Origin: an uncultured Leptospirales bacterium
GTDB taxonomy: Bacteria; Spirochaetota; UBA4802; UBA5550
Reading direction: 5' to 3'
NCBI GenBank assembly: GCA_964625825.1
Contig: CAZVFJ010000003.1
Coordinates: forward strand, 1-41,231
Length of the DNA stretch: 41,231 nucleotides
Shown here: piece by piece, positions 36,601-41,231 of the stretch
How positions within the stretch are numbered: the first letter of the stretch is position 1
Layout: every line of letters starts with the position of its first letter
Position numbers and translations under genes: made by a program
The notes under the pieces: generated by a model
The model's database searches: none
What the model was told of the DNA's origin: nothing
The model's input: the letters and a program-made list of their open reading frames with translations, nothing else

Positions 36601-39047
36601 TACGGCCTGCTGTCATGAATGTAAACTCTCTGTACCGGCTTCCAGATATACTTCAGAAGATTTAATTCAATGGCTGTGCTCACAGGTTCTCCTGAATGTG
36701 TCAGGGCAGTGACTGTAACTCTCTTCTCACTCTTCGCGCCGAAAAAGTTTTCTTCCGGAGAGAGCTTTATGAAAAATTCACCGCGGCCTATTTTTACTGT
36801 TTTCTGCGATGTTATTGTTATGTTTGATTTGTCTGTAACAGTTGCTTCAAGTACAAGTTCTCTATCATAGGGATAGTTCCCTGAAGCGATCTTGAGGAGG
36901 GCTGTGCCGCCTGAATCTGTATACTTTTCACCTTCAAGCTTTAGCCTTGAGTATGATGAGCCTGAGCCGTATTCATCAGCCATAGGGTCTTCGTCAGTTG
37001 TAATATTTTTTTCGTAGAACCTGTATTTAACAAGCGCATTTGCCAACGGCGCGCCGAAGAAGTATTTTGATTCAATCTTAAACTCGGCCATTTCGCCATT
37101 TATAAAGAAATCCTTCGAGGGGAGTATCTCCACTTTAAATTCAGGTTTCCTGTACTGCTCAATATAGAAGGAGCCCGTACCGTACATGTCATCCTTTTTA
37201 AATCCCGCCCTGATTGTGAAATATCCGAGTTCGGCATCTGCCGGAATATCCGCGTTTCCGTGAACTGTGCCCCAGCCATCCAGTTCCATTGCTCCGGAAG
37301 CAATAACTTTTCCAGAGTATGATTTCTGTATGGAGTAGAAGAGTGTTCTGTTTTTTATCGGAGAGAATTTATCTTCCATTTTTTTAGCGAGAATTTTAAA
37401 AAAGACCTTGTCCCCTGTACGGTAAACCGGCCTGTCTGTATAAATGAAGAGTTTGTCCTTCTCACTCCTGTAGTAGTTTGATGCTCCGGCGCTGCATATG
37501 GCATAACTACCTTCGTCAGAGACAGCAAGAAGGAACATCTTATCGTCTGACTTTACAGAAGTTTGAAAGATCCCGTTATTACCTGTTCTGCCCTGCGCAA
37601 GAATTTTTACCGGGAGTTTTTCGATATCGATGCCCTCATTTTCATTAAGGGTTTTCTCTCCGGCTGTCTTCTTGAAATTGTGGTCATAGATTGCAACAGA
37701 TACATTTTTTGCCGGCATGTTTTGAACAAGGTCTGTTATATAGGCGCTTACGTTTTCCGGGGAGCGTTTTACAACAACACCAAGATTTGTAACAGTGAAA
37801 AATTTGCGTGAGAGAATATCCCCTTTCCCTTTAACTTCGATACAGTATCCCCCGGATGATAGAGGCTTGTTGATTTTCACAGAAAAGTACATCCATTCGT
37901 AAGGATTGAAGTCTTTTACAGATTCGTCCCATTCAGTTACAGTTTTGAATCCTGAATTATCCGGTGTCAGTAACTCCGGGTCCCGGTTCTTCGCGAGAAA
38001 AATTTCAAATGGAACTTTGTAGACCTTCACGTGAACTGAATCAAGTCGAAGAGTGCGAAGATTAAAGTCCACCTCGTTTCCTGGAGTGAATGTATACCTG
38101 TAAGAGTGTATATTTATCTCAGGAGATTTTGCCTCCATATTATAATTCAGGTTGGCGAGATTCCGGCCTTCGTTAACCCTGATGTTTTTCATTTTAATTC
38201 CCTGAAATCCCTGGTGCGACAGGGTCAGGGAGTAGTTCCCCGGTTTTACATCTTCAAGTATGAATGAACCATCACGGTATGTTACATTAGAGTAACTGTA
38301 TCTTCCCTCTGCCGTGACATTGATATTCACTGCCGGAGAGTTGAGCCCTTTTATCTCAACTTTACCTGATAGTGTGGCCGGCCTGTACATAACCATTTGC
38401 AGCCTGAAGTTCTCCGCTGCCTTTATGCCTGATAGTGATGCTGTCTCTGTAATGAATCCATTCCTGGAAAATGTTACGAGGTATGGCCCGGCTTTTAGCT
38501 TTTTGAAACTGTAATTTCCTTTACTATCGCTTCTGGTGAAAACAGGTTTTGCGCTGTCATTGCCGTTCTCTCCTTCGTAATAGCCATAAGAGGTTTTTAG
38601 GGAGATCTCCACATCAGTAATAGCTTTGCCGGAACTGTCTTTTACATTACCGGATATTATAGATTCTTTTGTCAGTTTGATGTCATTTTTAACCGAGGAT
38701 ATGCTTGATGTTTCAATATATGAAACATATCCGTCAGCTGATATTTCAATGTCGTATTTTATATACGGGATGAAGTCATTGATCCTGTAATAACCTTTCC
38801 AGTCGGTTTTTGTTTTATAGTACCCGACACCTCTGTTCGCATTTTTTATTTCCACTACCGCACCCTTTACAGGCTTCCCTGTTCCGGAGTCTGTGATGGT
38901 CCCTTCAATATATGCCTTCTGTTCAAGTTCTGAGTGTATTTTATAGGCGGTACCTTCATCGGAGTTTACAACCTCCGGCATGGCATCTGTTAAAAATATG
39001 ACGGAGAGCATCACGGTGCATAGACCCGCAATCCATGATTTTTTCAT
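33681..39047 (-). CDS. alpha-2-macroglobulin family protein, thioester-containing, secreted
   Basis: 1788 aa. Signal peptide MKKSWIAGLCTVMLSVIFLTDA. Three N-terminal CarboxypepD_reg-like repeats (GTITDSGTGKPVKGAVVEI..., ISGNVKDSSGKAITDVEISL..., LSGKVEIKGLNSPAVNINV...). A long array of MG-like beta-sandwich sequence follows. The thioester motif YPYGCIEQ has CIEQ at 35187-35198 (Cys 1284). Confidence 0.85.
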   Translation of the reverse strand: MKKSWIAGLCTVMLSVIFLTDAMPEVVNSDEGTAYKIHSELEQKAYIEGTITDSGTGKPVKGAVVEIKNANRGVGYYKTKTDWKGYYRINDFIPYIKYDIEISADGYVSYIETSSISSVKNDIKLTKESIISGNVKDSSGKAITDVEISLKTSYGYYEGENGNDSAKPVFTRSDSKGNYSFKKLKAGPYLVTFSRNGFITETASLSGIKAAENFRLQMVMYRPATLSGKVEIKGLNSPAVNINVTAEGRYSYSNVTYRDGSFILEDVKPGNYSLTLSHQGFQGIKMKNIRVNEGRNLANLNYNMEAKSPEINIHSYRYTFTPGNEVDFNLRTLRLDSVHVKVYKVPFEIFLAKNRDPELLTPDNSGFKTVTEWDESVKDFNPYEWMYFSVKINKPLSSGGYCIEVKGKGDILSRKFFTVTNLGVVVKRSPENVSAYITDLVQNMPAKNVSVAIYDHNFKKTAGEKTLNENEGIDIEKLPVKILAQGRTGNNGIFQTSVKSDDKMFLLAVSDEGSYAICSAGASNYYRSEKDKLFIYTDRPVYRTGDKVFFKILAKKMEDKFSPIKNRTLFYSIQKSYSGKVIASGAMELDGWGTVHGNADIPADAELGYFTIRAGFKKDDMYGTGSFYIEQYRKPEFKVEILPSKDFFINGEMAEFKIESKYFFGAPLANALVKYRFYEKNITTDEDPMADEYGSGSSYSRLKLEGEKYTDSGGTALLKIASGNYPYDRELVLEATVTDKSNITITSQKTVKIGRGEFFIKLSPEENFFGAKSEKRVTVTALTHSGEPVSTAIELNLLKYIWKPVQRVYIHDSRPYFTRKVTTDSAGKTVITLPSDFTAYGEFDLTASGKDSRGNVITGSKIIWIYNDAGGNADSKLKDLELTVNKTELDKAGEITCLIKSRFTDSYVLVTLEGRDVYEYQVIKMTKNIIPVKFNIDTKLAPNLFVRCAMQRGRALHIAEKEVTLPVDDVRLNLILTPDKEKYSPGDTVKIKVKAGDLKGTPVSADISLAAVDESIFMVRSDRTPEISGYFYSKISNWVLTTYSYPITLLAGAGKDAQVKVREDFKDTAFWEAGIKTDRNGEAEISFRVPDNLTTWRLTARGHDLAGRMGEARKKFISTQDLIARIGKPRFLIEGDRAGIIGIINNNTDSGIEKITTELKADGKSIAPDKDFPVSLTGYGSTRKFYTLDIPEGKDLISLEYSALTKDKKGDTVKHTIPVEKRGIKYVITGSGNAATGGEIEIKPVKGTEDFEFVPEEVTVTLTPSPVLQMIKAAEYLNDYPYGCIEQTINRFIPKLAVLALLKNKEYSDFIPDKLKADIKNDIPEGIKKIEAGQNYDGTWGWWDGDRGNGYLTGYALFSLFYLKENGYGVNAGTMEQGLAAVARFFEDQGKSNNDELSYLVYINALYQRWEHASFKRIAFDEKINSYQAANLLKAVSVFSGADKLPDYEVREISEATGILKNKISRNARKDSAGIYWPETREQKWLWPGGRSEITAHVLSALTLAGDTSDLAPQAVGALARSFNGECWSSTKESGTIILALCDYLKGRSTEFSTEGKTKFSLNGNKLGDISYNLKANRNLDQLSKTFSLSRDSKNNSYKLKADGDLPDGSVFSAAVSGTLYFKPQGLFAFIKSEKRSIRSLSNGITARRDMFYLNRIKDIKMQEYLVPQSADEKGKISVGDELLVRVKFRADDSFGFLILEDFLPSGFEVVNESAYNEFQPYSHVEKRDNRMVFFFTDVEKGKEYEVAYTIRAELPGSFIMRPSRISCMYEDSIQGWSQPAIIDVNND

Positions 39048-39649
39048 TTTTTATCCTCCCTGATTGTCACTGCCCTGAAACGGCTTATCCGGCAGTTTGT
39101 ATAATTATTATTTCTGTTTAACCTGCTGGTCGTTCTGAATTCAGCCGGGACAACAACAATCCCGGAGGTACTGTCACATTCAATAAATACTCCGAAATGG
39201 CTTATGTCAATACTATTTAGATTTTCTACCTGCTCAGGGTGTGACGCGATTGTAATGACAATATCCATTTCCTCAATCTCATATCGTTCCAGTGGCTTAT
39301 ACCTGGGATCATAAGAGAGAGCCCCTTTCAAATAATTCCTGAGCATAAGGGATATGTCTGTTTCGCTGTGGTCGAAAGCGCCGAAGCAACCGCGAATTTT
39401 TCCTTTTTGTATAAGGGTGATAAAGAGCCCTGTGCTGCCGTAAACAGGGGGGAGTGTTATATTAAGGGATTTCAACTCCCGCTCTTTCATTTCTATTGAG
39501 AGAGCAGTATATTTCATCCATTTCATTAAAATCGTTTTATCAGCGGATACTGAAAACTTCTCCCACTGGCGGAGAGGGTCTGTGCTGTTCCAGAAACAGA
39601 GGGTAAGGATAATAAAAACCGGTACTGTTTTACACAGAAATTTTTTCAT
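39044..39649 (-). CDS. AMMECR1-domain protein with N-terminal signal/lipoprotein-like sequence
   Basis: MKKFLCKTVPVFIILTLCFWNS is an export signal with a possible atypical lipobox LTL-C. AMMECR1 hallmarks: GLFITLIQKGKIRGCFGAF, DPRYKPLERYEIEEMDIVITIAS, ISHFGVFIE and SGIVVVPAE. The stop overlaps the A2M ATG (ATGA), with AGGGAGGA inside its 3' end. The ORF-track TTG start at 39667 is possible. Confidence 0.7.
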   Translation of the reverse strand: MKKFLCKTVPVFIILTLCFWNSTDPLRQWEKFSVSADKTILMKWMKYTALSIEMKERELKSLNITLPPVYGSTGLFITLIQKGKIRGCFGAFDHSETDISLMLRNYLKGALSYDPRYKPLERYEIEEMDIVITIASHPEQVENLNSIDISHFGVFIECDSTSGIVVVPAEFRTTSRLNRNNNYTNCRISRFRAVTIREDKK

Positions 39650-39725
39650 AAGTATAATATATTTCAAGCTGGAGTTTAGTCTATAAAATAATCAGCGGAC
39701 AGGCCTGTGCTTTAAGAATGCAGAT

Positions 39726-40712
39726 TTATTTTTTCAGGTACATCAGCCGGTCTGCTTCATTAATCAGTGAATCGATCTCTTTAACCTGGCCTTTTGTAAT
39801 GCCATGTGATATTGAAATCCGGATGTTCCCGTCCGGAGTTGAATAAAATGTACCTGTTAAATTTCTGTCAATCCGCTCAATAATATGAGATGTATTTTCA
39901 TGAGTGGTAACTTTTATTATAGTCAGAAATTCATCACCACCTATTCTGAAAAGGAGGTCATCGTTTCTGAATATATTTTTAAGTTTAGCAGAAATAGCAA
40001 CAAGCGCTTTGTCTCCTTCCCGATGGCCGTACATATCGTTTATAGTTTTGAAGTTATTTACATCCATGTATATCACAATAATCTCTTCTTCTAAGTCCGA
40101 TTGCCTTCTCGACGGGATACTTTCATGGGACCATTGAGATATATATTCATTCAGCATTTTTCTGTTAAAGAGACCTGTAAGGCTGTCGTGGCAGCTCAGT
40201 TCAATTACCTGCTGATATAAAGAGGAATTAGCAAGAGCGATAGCGGTAAAATCGGCAATAGTTTTCAGGACAAGATGGTCATCTTCAGAGAAAGTTTTTT
40301 TATTTTCAGTATTCACAATCTCAATAACACCATAAATTACCTCTTTGTGGATCATGGGTACCGCGATAATTGAGCGTGTTTTAAAATTGATGAGCCTGTC
40401 GACCCTGTTTGAAAAGCGCGGGTCAAAGCGGGCATCAGGGACAAAGATCGATTCTCCGGTTTTGGCAACAGTCCCGGCTATTCCCTCCCCGGGCTTAAGC
40501 CTGAATTGCCTGAGGCGTTCAATATCGTTCCCCTGGATATAAATAAAATATAGTTCGCCGGATGTGTGGTCAAGCCGGAGCAGGCTCCAGTGTTCAGGAT
40601 CAAAGAACTGCTTTATTTCGGACATCACACCGTCGATAACCTGATGTATTTCAAGTGACGAGGTAATTAGTTTGCCAATATTGGCATACATCTGTTTGGT
40701 TTCTGTATCCAT
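39726..40712 (-). CDS. GAF-domain diguanylate cyclase (GGDEF)
   Basis: N-terminal GAF (LKPGEGIAGTVAKTGESIFVPD). DSLTGLFNRK, then an intact RIGGDEF active site with an RNDD I-site (RxxD) at the canonical 5-residue spacing. The start is uncertain (ATG at 40712, or TTG at 40736 in the ORF track). Confidence 0.85.
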   Translation of the reverse strand: MDTETKQMYANIGKLITSSLEIHQVIDGVMSEIKQFFDPEHWSLLRLDHTSGELYFIYIQGNDIERLRQFRLKPGEGIAGTVAKTGESIFVPDARFDPRFSNRVDRLINFKTRSIIAVPMIHKEVIYGVIEIVNTENKKTFSEDDHLVLKTIADFTAIALANSSLYQQVIELSCHDSLTGLFNRKMLNEYISQWSHESIPSRRQSDLEEEIIVIYMDVNNFKTINDMYGHREGDKALVAISAKLKNIFRNDDLLFRIGGDEFLTIIKVTTHENTSHIIERIDRNLTGTFYSTPDGNIRISISHGITKGQVKEIDSLINEADRLMYLKK

Positions 40713-40823
40713 AGTCTTTAATTTTTTAATCTGCAAATTATTTAATAAGTTAAATAATGGGCAAGTATTTTTTAATTCAATTTATTCTTTGAGCGAGAAC
40801 ACTCCTCCCTCTGACAGGGAGTG

Positions 40824-41231
40824 TTAACTCCTCCATATATTTATCCTGTCCCCTTCTTTTACAAGAAGGTCCCTGAAGTCCGGGTGCGCGATACTTATTA
40901 AGGCCTCGGCTCTTTCCCGTACACTTTTTCCTTTGAGGTTAACTATCCCGTATTCAGTCACAATGTTAAATGCCTGAGATCTGGGGATAGTCACAACTGT
41001 CCCTTCGCTGAATGATGGTACTATCCTTGAATGTAGGGTACCGTTTTTATCCCTGTAAGTTGAATGAAGACAGATATAACTCTTGCCCTCTTCGGAATAG
41101 AAAGACCCGTAAGTGTAATCCCACTGCCCACCTGTCCCGGAAATCTGTTTACCTGCATTTGATTCAGATGATACCTGCCCGAAGAGGTCAACCTCAAGAG
41201 CATTGTTTATTGAAATCATTCGGTCATTGGC
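40824..41231 (-). CDS. acetyl-CoA hydrolase/transferase family protein (butyryl-CoA:acetate or 4-hydroxybutyrate CoA-transferase-like), C-terminal part; the gene continues beyond the window
   Basis: The frame is open to the window edge. INNALEVDLFGQV and SGTGGQWDY (compare SGxGGQxDF), then TEYGIVNLKGKSVRERAEALISIAHPDFR, typical of the family C-terminus. A hairpin AACACTCC(TC)CCT/AGGGAGTGTT lies at about 40799-40826. Confidence 0.8.
   Translation of the reverse strand, partial: ANDRMISINNALEVDLFGQVSSESNAGKQISGTGGQWDYTYGSFYSEEGKSYICLHSTYRDKNGTLHSRIVPSFSEGTVVTIPRSQAFNIVTEYGIVNLKGKSVRERAEALISIAHPDFRDLLVKEGDRINIWRS

Noticed and set aside
33691-36870. A series of plus-strand ORFs of 66-147 aa antisense to the A2M gene. 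Similar antisense ORFs lie inside hbd, the ATP-grasp fusion, purA, sbcC and valS.
   Set aside because: They lie entirely within much longer, motif-supported genes on the opposite strand. They have low-complexity Ser/Pro/Leu-rich translations and no SD or start context. They look like typical shadow ORFs.

Overview
This 41.2-kb segment looks like chromosome from a moderately AT-rich, probably anaerobic, diderm bacterium. I cannot assign a phylum by eye. All protein assignments come from motif recognition in the supplied translations; no searches were run.

Most of the window is housekeeping:
- Butyrate and CoA metabolism at both edges: a crotonase fragment plus hbd on the left, and a partial butyryl/4-hydroxybutyrate-type CoA-transferase on the right.
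- glpX, alr and purA.
- A tetrapyrrole operon, hemC-cobA/hemD-hemB-hemL.
- tRNA-Glu(UUC) and tRNA-Lys(UUU).
- sbcDC and valS.
- A TetR regulator next to a CocE/NonD-type lipoprotein hydrolase.
- An acyl-CoA thioesterase.

I saw no CRISPR array, transposase, integrase or prophage genes.

The most unusual part is a co-directional minus-strand cluster at about 31.7-40.7 kb. It runs, in order:
- a GAF-GGDEF cyclase;
- an exported AMMECR1-like protein, translationally coupled to the next gene;
- a 1788-aa thioester (GCIEQ) alpha-2-macroglobulin with three extra N-terminal CarboxypepD_reg-like domains;
- a SpoIID/LytB-domain gene;
- a penicillin-binding (SxxK/SxN/KTG) module that has no start codon or signal peptide of its own and is broken by two -1 frame changes.

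This looks like a variant of the known A2M-PBP1C pairing, with a SpoIID-type glycan-cleaving module in place of the GT51 glycosyltransferase.

Secondary observations:
- A canonical short-loop G-quadruplex motif overlaps the hemB ribosome-binding site inside the heme operon.
- One gene fuses an ATP-grasp domain to an FMN-dependent alpha-hydroxy-acid dehydrogenase domain.
- Uncharacterised genes flank sbcDC.
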